From NCBI GenBank assembly GCA_043818055.1, contig JBDRGF010000101.1, positions 1 through 59,024 of the forward strand: 59,024 bases of DNA, read 5' to 3'. The DNA comes from Pseudomonadota bacterium (GTDB lineage: Bacteria > UBA10199 > 2-02-FULL-44-16 > JBDRGF01). Made by a program: the position numbers and the translations under genes. Below the pieces are notes generated by a model. It made no database searches. It worked only from the letters and a program-made list of their open reading frames with translations, and was not told where the DNA came from. Of the stretch, positions 1 to 9,574 are shown piece by piece; within the stretch, counting starts at the first letter, position 1, and each line of letters begins with the position of its first letter.

Positions 1-1059
1 AAATCTGTTATAGAGATCTATCATCTCCTTCGTCATTCTCTCCCATGAGTACCTCTTGGCCATTACTATCCCTTCCGAAATCAGCTCGTTTCGCAACGAA
101 TCATCATACAAAATTTTCGACATCTTATGCGCGAGCTCTTCGGCATCTTCTGGATCGACCAATATTCTCTCGTCATCTATGAAATCAAGGGCATCAAAAG
201 TTTTACCGGCTATTGCAGGAGTGCCGCAGGCAAAGGCCTCTAGAGATGCAAGGCCAAAGCCGTATCTCGATGGAAAGACCGAGATATCCGCCGACCTGTA
301 AAACTGTGGCAGATCCTCCTCGCGAATCCTTCCTACAAATTCCACCCTCCCTGAAATATTCAGATCCTTCGTTAATTGAACAAGCATCTCCCTGTCCTTG
401 CCGTTGCTACCTAAAATCAATCTCAATTTCGAATCCTTTTGTATCAGAATGTGTGCCGCCTTGATCAGAGTATCGACACCTTTAGCCAAAGATAGTTCTC
501 CAACAAAGAAGATTATTTTTTCGTCTGTAGCTTTTTTCTTCTTATCTGGGAAATAGGTTTCATGATCGATTCCATAATTTATAATAGAAATCCTTTCAGG
601 ATTTACCCCACAGTTATTTATCAGAAAATCTTTGGAGGAATTAAAACCAACTACCAAGTGATCACTTTTCTGTGCAGCAATCTTAATACTGAAAGTTTTC
701 ACTTTATATTTAATACCCCAATCATTGTACTTACCTTGAAAGTGAAAAGGAAGAAGATCGTGAATTGTTGTGATGAGCGGCTTTTTATTCATCATCAGCG
801 CCCACTTCGCACCCATCGGATGAGTCGCATGATATACACGACATCTCTTTGAAAGAAGCTTCAGCGGAAAGATCAGCTCTTTGACAACTCCCTCGACATG
901 GTTTTTAATAAAACCCGAATCCAAAACGAGAGGATCAAAATTCAACTTTCGCAAATTCCTCAGAAGTTCGAAATTATAGCGATCCACCCCTCTGATAGGA
1001 TATTTTTCCCAGTCATAGTAGAACGGATGGAATATTAGCGACAAATCGTTATTTTTCAT
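1..1059 (-). CDS. GT4 family glycosyltransferase (3' end runs off the window)
   Basis: Absent from the ORF track because it is open at the edge. Manual translation gives MKNNDLSLIFHPFYY...GVDRY...LITTIHDL...FVGRIREEDLPQFYRSADISVFPSRYGFGLASLEAFACGTPAI; GGAG RBS upstream. Confidence 0.85.
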   Translation of the reverse strand, partial: MKNNDLSLIFHPFYYDWEKYPIRGVDRYNFELLRNLRKLNFDPLVLDSGFIKNHVEGVVKELIFPLKLLSKRCRVYHATHPMGAKWALMMNKKPLITTIHDLLPFHFQGKYNDWGIKYKVKTFSIKIAAQKSDHLVVGFNSSKDFLINNCGVNPERISIINYGIDHETYFPDKKKKATDEKIIFFVGELSLAKGVDTLIKAAHILIQKDSKLRLILGSNGKDREMLVQLTKDLNISGRVEFVGRIREEDLPQFYRSADISVFPSRYGFGLASLEAFACGTPAIAGKTFDALDFIDDERILVDPEDAEELAHKMSKILYDDSLRNELISEGIVMAKRYSWERMTKEMIDLYNRF

Positions 1060-1090
1060 CAACTACTGCTCCATATCATAATAATTTTCA

Positions 1091-1855
1091 TCATTTCAAT
1101 TTGGTTACAAAGGTAACATTCCATGTATCCCTCGTAATTTTCCCGTCTATATTCATAAAAGGACATATATGTTCCAACCTCAGTCCAGCCATAGAAAGGT
1201 AATTCTTCATCTCATTGATGAAATAATATCTCAGATGATGTTTTTCTTGAGTTTCATCAATTACACAATCTCTCTCAAAAATGAGGAATTTCATTTCTAT
1301 CAAAGCTTTCTGCTCGATTTCGTCTATCTTTGTTTCTGACGTTCTGAGTATCTTTAAATCGTGGCTAGTCATCCATTTGAATTTAATTGGAGAATAATTC
1401 TTGGTAACAGCAGTGCCATTCCAGAAATCAAACACAAAAAGACCACCGGGATTCAAGTGCTGGCTCACACGTAAAAAGGTTTCCTTTATATCGTCATATA
1501 AAATTAAATAATTGATGCTAGAGAAAAGACATAGTATTGAATCAAATTTTTTACCAACATCCAAACACTGCATAAACCCAGTCCCAAATGTAATGTTGGA
1601 ATCTTTTTCTTTCGCTTTCGCCTGCGCAATATTTATCATTGCCGGAGAAACATCAAGCCCATGCACAGAAAGTCCTTTGTCTTCGAGACAGAATAGGTGA
1701 TTACCGGTTCCACAGGCAACATCCAGAACTGTTTTTCCAGACGGACAAAATCTGTTCATTATTCTCAAAATAAAATCAGCCTCAGCCGGATAGTTCTTAT
1801 CTTGGTAGATAATATCATAGTATCTCGCGTATTTGTTGTCGAATATCTCAGACAT
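1091..1855 (-). CDS. class I SAM-dependent methyltransferase, TylM1/DesVI-like (possible sugar N-methyltransferase)
   Basis: VLDVACGTG SAM motif, CLFSSINY, lies in a sugar cluster. Confidence 0.8.
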   Translation of the reverse strand: MSEIFDNKYARYYDIIYQDKNYPAEADFILRIMNRFCPSGKTVLDVACGTGNHLFCLEDKGLSVHGLDVSPAMINIAQAKAKEKDSNITFGTGFMQCLDVGKKFDSILCLFSSINYLILYDDIKETFLRVSQHLNPGGLFVFDFWNGTAVTKNYSPIKFKWMTSHDLKILRTSETKIDEIEQKALIEMKFLIFERDCVIDETQEKHHLRYYFINEMKNYLSMAGLRLEHICPFMNIDGKITRDTWNVTFVTKLK

Positions 1856-1900
1856 TGTTACTTGTTACCTCCAGTAATAGTTATCCACTTGATCAAAAAA

Positions 1901-3025
1901 CTATATGGATTTCAAAACAGATATAAGACCAGTACACACTCGATCGGCCTCATCTTCGGACAACGTAGGCGAACTCGGTAAATAAAATGTCGAATAAGCA
2001 ACCTCATTGGCTCTGGGACAATCGCCTGGCTTTGTCCAACCTCTGTTTATGAATATCTCCTGTAAATTATATGGTATAAAACCCTCCCTTGTTTCAATAC
2101 CCATCTCTAGGAGTTTCTTCATCAACAAATCACGCTTATTCGATTTTTGTCCCAAGATTCTTATATGGTACATCCAATACACGTTGCGAGCATACGCCTT
2201 TTCTGAGGGTAATATCAGATCGGCAATATCCTTAAGTCTTTCATAATAATTCGCTGCCAGCCTGCGCTTGCATAAAATAATATCCTCAATCTTTCCCAAT
2301 TGAGCACAGCCTATTGCTGCCTGCAAATTAGGCATTCGATAATTATAACCCACATCCTTATGCATAAACTTGTTCTTATCACCGAAGGCCAACCCCTTTA
2401 AACTTCTCACCCTCTCTGCAAGCTTGGGATCATTTGTGGTTACCATACCACCCTCACCTGTCGTGATAATTTTATTCGCATAAAAACTAAAACAACCGAA
2501 ATGGCCAAAACTCCCAACCTTTTTTCCAACATATGTCGCCCCATGTGACTGGGCACAATCTTCGATCAGATAAAGATTATGTTTCTTTGCAATATCAATG
2601 ATTGGATTCATATCAACAGGATGGCCGAACAGATGAACAACTATAATCGCTTTCGTTTTGGCAGTTATTTTTTCTTCAATCAGCGATGGGTTGATATTAT
2701 ATGTTGAGAGATCGATATCTACGGGTATTGGTTTCACACCCTGATATACAGCTGCAAAGAAGGTTGCCATATTTGTAAGCGTTGAAATAAGGATCTCATC
2801 CCCCTGAGAAATCGGGAGCGCCGATACAGCAAGATGAAGCGCTGTTGTCCCACTATTTGTTGCAACACCATGGGAACAATCTGAGTATCTGGCAAAATCA
2901 TTTTCGAACTTAGCAATATGTTCACCAAAATATCCGGAGATTGCCTTTTTAGACAATGCCTCTGTGATTAATCGATTCTCGTTCTCATCAATAAATGGTT
3001 CAGATACAGGTATTTTTGTGTTCAT
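1901..3025 (-). CDS. DegT/DnrJ/EryC1/StrS PLP-dependent sugar aminotransferase (perosamine-synthase-like)
   Basis: NSGTTALH, IEDCAQSHG, SFYANKIITTGEGG, GYNYRM motifs. Confidence 0.92.
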   Translation of the reverse strand: MNTKIPVSEPFIDENENRLITEALSKKAISGYFGEHIAKFENDFARYSDCSHGVATNSGTTALHLAVSALPISQGDEILISTLTNMATFFAAVYQGVKPIPVDIDLSTYNINPSLIEEKITAKTKAIIVVHLFGHPVDMNPIIDIAKKHNLYLIEDCAQSHGATYVGKKVGSFGHFGCFSFYANKIITTGEGGMVTTNDPKLAERVRSLKGLAFGDKNKFMHKDVGYNYRMPNLQAAIGCAQLGKIEDIILCKRRLAANYYERLKDIADLILPSEKAYARNVYWMYHIRILGQKSNKRDLLMKKLLEMGIETREGFIPYNLQEIFINRGWTKPGDCPRANEVAYSTFYLPSSPTLSEDEADRVCTGLISVLKSI

Positions 3026-3052
3026 AACAATTCTTTCTTATTGTGATCTGGG

Positions 3053-3439
3053 CTAAAGCAGTGGAGTTTTCAACCGGTAAGTATCTGACTCATATTCTTT
3101 TCCAGCTCTTGGCCCCTTCGTAAAAACCATAACCTTCGAATCCTCAAGAGCCAAAAGAGCATGGCTCTCGTTAGGAACACTACAGGTCAATTCACCAACT
3201 TCCATTATATGCTCTTCAACCGCCCCGCCATGCAATTGTGTTACAAACTTTATCCTTCCAGATACCAAATAATTCCACTGCGTAGTTTTTTTATGATAAT
3301 GATTAGCTCTTACAGCGTTCTTTTTAAATGTAATAAGGGTAACTGCATTTATGATCTCATTCTCAATAAGATCCACTATCTCACCCCTTTCATCCTTGTT
3401 TGCTATTTCCAATTTTATTTTTCCCATCGTCTTCTCCAT
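3053..3439 (-). CDS. cupin-domain protein, possible NDP-sugar ketoisomerase/epimerase
   Basis: DERG and RANHYH cupin motifs; cluster context. Confidence 0.7.
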   Translation of the reverse strand: MEKTMGKIKLEIANKDERGEIVDLIENEIINAVTLITFKKNAVRANHYHKKTTQWNYLVSGRIKFVTQLHGGAVEEHIMEVGELTCSVPNESHALLALEDSKVMVFTKGPRAGKEYESDTYRLKTPLL

Positions 3440-3446
3440 TGATGAT

Positions 3447-4673
3447 CTATTCCACTATCTTAGGCATTGGAATAGGAATGATGAATTTACCACCTTTTCT
3501 TCTATAATTGTCAAGGTTCCTTATAATCTCATCCGCAAAATTCCATGCCAGCAACAAAGCATAATCAGCGCCGGCGCTCACCAACTCTGAATCAGGTACA
3601 ACCGGAATATGTTTGCCGGGTGTATATCTTCCTATCTTAAGTGTTGATTTCTCAGTAACGAAATCAATAAGGTTCCCGTCAATATTACAATAATTTAAAA
3701 GAGTCATTCCTTTAGCAGGAGCACTAACGGCAACAATTTTTTTACCAGACTTATTCAATGAAAATAACATCTCAAAAAGAGTTGATCTGTTGAAACTGAC
3801 CCTAGCTGCAAAATCCAAAAGAGTCTCTTTCGAATAAAGAGAAATTCTCTCTTCCTCCTTCAAGAGATCCTGAACCTTCACACTTACATGTCGCATTGAC
3901 CGGTTGTTGACAAATACGCGGATCGAGCCTCCATGAATGTGACTTTCTATAATATCGAATATTTCCATATCAAACCTGTCAAAAAATTTAATAAGAGGCT
4001 TTACTGATATGTAGGAGAGATGCTCGTGATAGATGGTATCATATTCATTATTACATATCAGATTCACCAAATATGGCACCTCGAACACAAACATTCCATC
4101 TTTCCGCAATAGGATATTTACCCCTTTCATAAGATCGTCCAGATCATCGATATGCGCGAACACATTTGTACCTGTAATGACCTTAGCCTGCCCCTTTTCC
4201 TTCACTATTCTTTCCGCAGCCTGCACTCCAAAAAAATCACAGACAGTATCAATCCCATTCTTATTTGCTATTTTTACTATGTTTTCTGCGGGATCCACAC
4301 CTAAAACTCGCGCGCCACAATTTTTAAAAGATAATAATAGAACTCCAACATTACTGCCTATATCCACCACCAAATCATCCTCGCATAGTTTGATTTTCTT
4401 GGACACGTCTGCTGCAAATTTTCCCCAATGTTTCCGTCCAGTTGATGTCATTGAAGACTCATAGGGATAATCATTCCTATACAAAACATCTTTGGGAACA
4501 ACGTATCCTAGCTGCGCCAAGCCACAGGTCTCACACATAAAAACCTGTAGTGGATAGTACGTTTCTTCCTTTTGAAGTTCATCTTTGCTCAGAAATGAGT
4601 CTGCTGGAGGTGTGAAACCAAGGTCTAAAAACAGTGTCAGTTTGTCGCTCTTGCACATTCTACATTTATTCAT
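3447..4673 (-). CDS. NDP-hexose C-methyltransferase (TcaB9/TylC3-like)
   Basis: N-terminal CRMC...CETC Zn site, DIGSNVG, NVFAHI, YHEH, C-terminal LLLAWNF; start placed at MNKC after a GGAGG RBS. Confidence 0.88.
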   Translation of the reverse strand: MNKCRMCKSDKLTLFLDLGFTPPADSFLSKDELQKEETYYPLQVFMCETCGLAQLGYVVPKDVLYRNDYPYESSMTSTGRKHWGKFAADVSKKIKLCEDDLVVDIGSNVGVLLLSFKNCGARVLGVDPAENIVKIANKNGIDTVCDFFGVQAAERIVKEKGQAKVITGTNVFAHIDDLDDLMKGVNILLRKDGMFVFEVPYLVNLICNNEYDTIYHEHLSYISVKPLIKFFDRFDMEIFDIIESHIHGGSIRVFVNNRSMRHVSVKVQDLLKEEERISLYSKETLLDFAARVSFNRSTLFEMLFSLNKSGKKIVAVSAPAKGMTLLNYCNIDGNLIDFVTEKSTLKIGRYTPGKHIPVVPDSELVSAGADYALLLAWNFADEIIRNLDNYRRKGGKFIIPIPMPKIVE

Positions 4674-4871
4674 TGTCCTCCCTCTCGTCAATCGAATGCA
4701 CTATCTCAGATGGATCAGTTGGAGTAAACTAAAACTATTTGTAAAATTCCTATGTTGCTGAGTCCTAATACTTTCATCTTCATCTGAATTAGAACCCTTT
4801 ATAACCTACGATGAACATGAAGATAATACAAAAAATATCGCGATTCCAATGCATTCAGACAACCTTTACCA

Positions 4872-6188
4872 TTAGAGACACATCATCATTATTGTAAACT
4901 CCTTCAATCCCATATCATTTACAGCGTTATCTCCTGTAAATCTGCATGCAACCGTAGCACTTTCATTGTCGGTGTTATCATAGGTAAATGCATATCCGTC
5001 TCCATTAGGATTACCGTTTTTTCCATACTTATCAGTACCTCCGTGTTTACTCATACAGGAACCAGTAACTGCTACTATTGAAGTTGTACTACAGGGTGAT
5101 AGCATTTTAACATAAAAGTGATTTGCATAGTCGGGCTCCCCATAGAATGTTACACTTTGAACATTATAACTACGCTTTAAGATAGCTCTATCTATTATAT
5201 CATCACCATTGTCGTCAACTGTTTGAATGATCCCCCACGCCTTTGCAAGACCAGGAAGGCTTGCACTACCATCTGTGCCAGTGTGTTTATGAGCAGACAC
5301 ATCAACACCATCGACTTTATCGACATTTGTTATGCTCTTGCCCCCCATGTTGAGATCGCCTATCATTGGTGTCTGGCCGGAAACGAGGTTGTTCACTATG
5401 TTTGTGATTGTCGTATCGCCTGTAGCTCTCACTGTCGCTTCGTTGTTGATGTTCGTCTGCAGTACAGCCCTTTCCTGTGTTGCTGTATCAATCTCAAGTT
5501 TTCTCAAGGCGAGTGACAGGTCTAGCATATCGAGGCTTCCCTGCAGCGTGTTCCTTCCACCGCCATATGTCGCCAGCGGCCTGACTCCGATCATCTGCGC
5601 CTGCACCGGATCGCGGTAAAAAGTTACCATATCACTCTGAAATACAAGTTCCGACTTACCCTTCCCACCTGTGATCTCATCGATCAGCTCATCTTTTGCG
5701 CTGCTTGAAAGATGGTCGTATGTGATCGCACCCTTTGCTATCGAACTCGCCGTCACCCCGCCATCCATCACGCCGATCGCGTATTGAGAATAGAATGAAA
5801 AGGGAGCTGCTCCAAAGGGGTCAGGTCCATAGGCCGGATATCCCACGAATTCCACTTCTAATCTTGGATCGAGTGATGGTTTTAAAACATCGGCGGGTAT
5901 CCCGTTCATCTTTGCGCCTGTATCCAACGCCTCTCCTGCGCCGATCGATGCAACGGTTTTTCCATTCAAAATATTCACCGTCTGCTTCTCAGAATAAAGA
6001 AGCATACTGTTGATATCATATATTCTGAAGATCACATCGATAGGGCCGTCATCAAGAAGATTGCCACCCCCATCAGTCACGTATGCGTTGAAGTAGATGT
6101 ATGGCGGTATTATCTCTGCCGCTAAACCCACTTTTGTGATGAGCAACATAGCTGCTGCCACCAATGTTAACATTAACTTCCTCTTCAT
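4872..6188 (-). CDS. secreted fibre/adhesin-like protein with phage tail-fibre features
   Basis: Signal peptide, N-terminal beta-rich domain ending AAPFSFYS, coiled coil, GDLNMGGKSITNV, VDGVDVSAHKHTG. Confidence 0.6.
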   Translation of the reverse strand: MKRKLMLTLVAAAMLLITKVGLAAEIIPPYIYFNAYVTDGGGNLLDDGPIDVIFRIYDINSMLLYSEKQTVNILNGKTVASIGAGEALDTGAKMNGIPADVLKPSLDPRLEVEFVGYPAYGPDPFGAAPFSFYSQYAIGVMDGGVTASSIAKGAITYDHLSSSAKDELIDEITGGKGKSELVFQSDMVTFYRDPVQAQMIGVRPLATYGGGRNTLQGSLDMLDLSLALRKLEIDTATQERAVLQTNINNEATVRATGDTTITNIVNNLVSGQTPMIGDLNMGGKSITNVDKVDGVDVSAHKHTGTDGSASLPGLAKAWGIIQTVDDNGDDIIDRAILKRSYNVQSVTFYGEPDYANHFYVKMLSPCSTTSIVAVTGSCMSKHGGTDKYGKNGNPNGDGYAFTYDNTDNESATVACRFTGDNAVNDMGLKEFTIMMMCL

Positions 6189-6203
6189 AAATTCCTCCTT
6201 TTC

Positions 6204-6926
6204 TCATCTATTTGATAATGTCTCCACTCTGCCTGAAATCGAACCACCAAAACTTATCTGGGCCGGTTTTCTGTCACCCTCTTCTACAAACCTCACCTTT
6301 GTCTCTGATGTGTATCCAGTCACCGTGCTCTCCAGTTTAAACGTATGCCATGTGTTCGTGAGCCTCCCCGGCGAATATAAAAGTTCACCCTTATCCGCGC
6401 TCAGCGAAAAAAGAGCGGCGTTGTTCACGGGATTTGTGAGGTCTGTCTCTACGCCATCGACTACATCCTTTACTATTACCTCGTCCGATGGCTCGGAGAC
6501 TATTTTTAGATTTATTCTGCCATTCTCGATGATCGAATTTGATATCATATTTGCAACTATAGGAACCCGTTTCATCGTCACCGATGCCTCGTTCATAGCA
6601 CCGCCGTGGATCGTAACAAGGCTCTCTCCCTGCTTGACCGTCCTACCTGAGTTGTCGATTGCAAATATCTGCACACGACGATCATCGCCGCTCGGTATCG
6701 CACGGATTATTCCCTCCGCTGTTCCGTATGGAAAGACCGCTTCAATAGGCGTTTCGATCCCTTCCCCTGTGACGACAATCTTGAACTCCTTTATATCTGT
6801 CGTCGGCTGCGCCTTCGTGCTTGTGACAATTAACGAGAGACCTCCGTTGCCGTCACCGCCTCCTCCAGCACAGGAGGAAAACAATAGAAGTAAGAGGATT
6901 GGGATAATTTTAGTAGTTTTTTTCAT
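6204..6926 (-). CDS. hypothetical lipoprotein
   Basis: MKKTTK...LFSSC lipobox; AAGGAG RBS before 6926. Confidence 0.75.
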   Translation of the reverse strand: MKKTTKIIPILLLLLFSSCAGGGGDGNGGLSLIVTSTKAQPTTDIKEFKIVVTGEGIETPIEAVFPYGTAEGIIRAIPSGDDRRVQIFAIDNSGRTVKQGESLVTIHGGAMNEASVTMKRVPIVANMISNSIIENGRINLKIVSEPSDEVIVKDVVDGVETDLTNPVNNAALFSLSADKGELLYSPGRLTNTWHTFKLESTVTGYTSETKVRFVEEGDRKPAQISFGGSISGRVETLSNR

Positions 6927-6950
6927 AATCAAACTCCTTAAATGCAAAAA

Positions 6951-7087
6951 GCGCATGTGGTATGTTGCATATAGTATGTGGTAAAAACCTCACCCTCATC
7001 CGGCCTAAAGGCCACCTTCCCCCTGAGGGGGAAGGGCCTGGATGTTGAGTCTTTACCCACATGCCACTTGCCACACACCACATACGC
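6951..7087. repeat. inverted heptamer-array element (ATGTGGY units) enclosing a REP-like hairpin
   Basis: Left arm gcatgtggtatgttgcatatagtatgtggta, right arm ccacatgccacttgccacacaccacatacgc; inner CCCTCATCCGGCC-TAAA-GGCCACCTTCCCCC-TGA-GGGGGAAGGG at 6993-7036. Confidence 0.75.
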
Positions 7088-7127
7088 CTTTTTAGTCTTT
7101 TTAACTTCATATTGTGAAGATAGTCTT

Positions 7128-7143
7128 AGCAAAATTCATGCCA
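7128..7143 (-). promoter_or_regulatory. sigma-54 -24/-12 promoter
   Basis: Minus strand TGGCATGAATTTTGCT matches TGGCAY-N5-TTGCW, upstream of the 6926/6188 genes. Confidence 0.7.
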
Positions 7144-7316
7144 CCTTGGCTAAGCTTCCCCTCACCCTGCGAAAGCTTGTAAATCAATAACTTGGCTTGT
7201 GTCAAGTTTTAACTCAATTTTCAAAGAGTCCAGAAATCGATCACTTGAGTCCAAAAATCGAACGCTAACATATCTTTCATATTGCTCATATGCTGGAATT
7301 TGATAAGCAGGGTATC

Positions 7317-8747
7317 ATGTCATGGAAAATAAAGAAGAGTCTGCAGAAGGTCTTAGAACGTGAAAATGGTGCGGTGACTAAGGATTGGGGTGGAAAAATC
7401 ACTATAGCGCTTGTCTACCCTAATTCGTACAGAGTCGGGATGGGAAATCTCGCGATTCATTCATTGTATAATACGATTAACTCGAAGGAGGAGTTTCTGT
7501 GTGAGAGATTCTTTCTGCCCGAGAAGCAAACGCTTAGTGAATATAAAAAGACAAATACGCCACTTTTGAGTCTAGAAAATCAGAGAGCCCTTTATGAGTT
7601 CGATGTGATCGCATTCTCGGCCTCATTTGAAAATGACTACACGAATATATTGCCGATATTACAACTTGGAAAAATTGAACCGCTGCGCTCTCAGCGCGAT
7701 GAGAACACCCCGCTCCTCATTGTCGGCGGCGATGCACCTACCATCAATCCGAAGACAGTGAGCGACATCTTCGACGCGATATTTGTCGGTGAGGCGGAAA
7801 GTGGGCTCGAAACATTGCTCGAAACATTCATAGATGGAAAAGATAAAAGGGAGAGAATCGATTTACTTGAACGATTGGAATTCATTTATACATCTGAGAA
7901 AGATGTCGCATCTATCAAGCGGTCTGTTACAAAAGATCTAAACGATCATCTCACCCAGACTTCGATATATTCCGCAAATGCGCACTTTGGGGATATGCAC
8001 CTGATCGAGACGATGCGCGGCTGTCCCAGACAATGCAAATTCTGCTGCACCCCAACAATCTTCCAGCCAGTGAGATACAGATCCTTCGAGGCTGTAAAGA
8101 GGATGATAGATATCGGTGCCAAAGAGCGAAAGAAATTTGGACTCATCGGCGCGGATCTGGGGGGACATCCTGCCTTCGATGAGATTGTCGATTACATACA
8201 TTCAAAGGGGTTTAGTTTCTCCCCATCATCGCTTCGGGTAGATGCGATCGATGAGAGAATGGCAGAGCACCTCAAACGCAGCAGAATATCTTCGGTCAGC
8301 CTCGGGATAGAGGCAGGAAACGAAGCTCAGAGAAAAAGAATAGGCAAACCGATCGCGGAGGAGCGGATCATCAAAGCGGTAGAACATTTAAAGACTGCAG
8401 GAATCAATCATCTGAGATTATACTTCATGATCGGACTCCCAGATGAAACAAGGGAGAATATCTCATCCATAGCCAGTCTCACTTTGGCGATAGCCAAGAC
8501 CTTCGACAGAAACATCGACCTCACCATCACAACCTTCGTCCCAAAGCCGACAACACCCTGGGCGGATATGCCATTTGTGGATTTGGACTATTACAAAGAG
8601 GCAAAAAAGGCCATCACAGAGATGTTAAAAAAATCAAAAACAATAAATACTCGTTTCGAACCATACCAAAATGCCAAGCTTGAATATACCCTCTCTCACG
8701 GCACTCATGAGACAATTAAGCTGCTCCAGGAAATCGATAAAATCTAA
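7317..8747 (+). CDS. radical SAM protein with B12-binding-like N-terminal domain
   Basis: RGCPRQCKFC CxxxCxxC motif, YPNSYRVGMGNL N-terminus, LYFMIGLP. Confidence 0.85.
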   Translation: MSWKIKKSLQKVLERENGAVTKDWGGKITIALVYPNSYRVGMGNLAIHSLYNTINSKEEFLCERFFLPEKQTLSEYKKTNTPLLSLENQRALYEFDVIAFSASFENDYTNILPILQLGKIEPLRSQRDENTPLLIVGGDAPTINPKTVSDIFDAIFVGEAESGLETLLETFIDGKDKRERIDLLERLEFIYTSEKDVASIKRSVTKDLNDHLTQTSIYSANAHFGDMHLIETMRGCPRQCKFCCTPTIFQPVRYRSFEAVKRMIDIGAKERKKFGLIGADLGGHPAFDEIVDYIHSKGFSFSPSSLRVDAIDERMAEHLKRSRISSVSLGIEAGNEAQRKRIGKPIAEERIIKAVEHLKTAGINHLRLYFMIGLPDETRENISSIASLTLAIAKTFDRNIDLTITTFVPKPTTPWADMPFVDLDYYKEAKKAITEMLKKSKTINTRFEPYQNAKLEYTLSHGTHETIKLLQEIDKI

Positions 8748-8767
8748 TCTTACCAATTATACTCGAG

Positions 8768-9574
8768 CTACTCTCCAAGCAACTTGACCATAGCATCGAT
8801 TGAGAAATAATTTATATCATCAGGACGTTCCAAAAATGGTGAGACATCTCGTACAATGTTATTCCAATCGCTATCTTTTACTGTTTTAACTAGAATCTTT
8901 TTCCAATTCTTTGAATCGACTTTAAAAGCCTTCTCGCCTTGAGTCTGCTTTAAAGCGGCGCTTAGTTGATTGAAATTCGGCTCCAAACCTTTTTGATTCG
9001 TCAGATACCAGGCCAGATCGTAGTAATCTCTCCCCTTAGTGTATGGACGAGTAAGAAGTGCGTGAATCTTTCCTGCAAAGAGAGAGGGCAAATCATAGTG
9101 CCAAAAGTTGAGAGGGAAATAGCGATTAATTAACGTATTCGTCAACTTAGCACCTGGAGGGGGTTTCGTATCGATCTCGAGTTTTATTGAAAGATTCTGA
9201 TTTTCCCGATGTGATAATTTGGCAAGGTGTAAAAGTTTAGGAAACTTTAGAAATGCACTATGAACTGTCCTCTGTTCATTGAATTTAACATCGACATCAT
9301 ATGCAGCATCGTTTAAAGGTTTTTTGATCTTTTCCAATAGATCTCGAAAATCATATCCCTCTTTATTCTCCAAAGAAAAATCGAGATCCTCCGAAAACCG
9401 CGGCAAATCAAACAAAAACCTTAGTGCCGTACCTCCGACAAAGGCGAGCTTCTGAAAATAACCGATTTCCTGAAACGTCCTGAGAATATATGATTGAAGA
9501 TACTCACGCATCATATTCATCCGTTTTCCAGGGTTCTCCTCACGACCGGCAAGTTCTAAGAGATAGTCCTTCAT
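8768..9574 (-). CDS. AbiEii-family nucleotidyltransferase toxin (type IV TA)
   Basis: FVGGTAL...RFSEDLDFS, KIHALL, RDYYDL motifs. Confidence 0.9.
   Translation of the reverse strand: MKDYLLELAGREENPGKRMNMMREYLQSYILRTFQEIGYFQKLAFVGGTALRFLFDLPRFSEDLDFSLENKEGYDFRDLLEKIKKPLNDAAYDVDVKFNEQRTVHSAFLKFPKLLHLAKLSHRENQNLSIKLEIDTKPPPGAKLTNTLINRYFPLNFWHYDLPSLFAGKIHALLTRPYTKGRDYYDLAWYLTNQKGLEPNFNQLSAALKQTQGEKAFKVDSKNWKKILVKTVKDSDWNNIVRDVSPFLERPDDINYFSIDAMVKLLGE

Noticed and set aside
56..852. Short plus-strand ORFs at the window start
   Set aside because: Antisense to the edge-truncated GT4 gene
4872..6188. Prophage remnant
   Set aside because: The fibre-like gene has a signal peptide and no neighbouring phage genes
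6097..6984. 295-aa plus-strand ORF
   Set aside because: Antisense shadow of the lipoprotein gene, which has an RBS and lipobox; no motifs of its own
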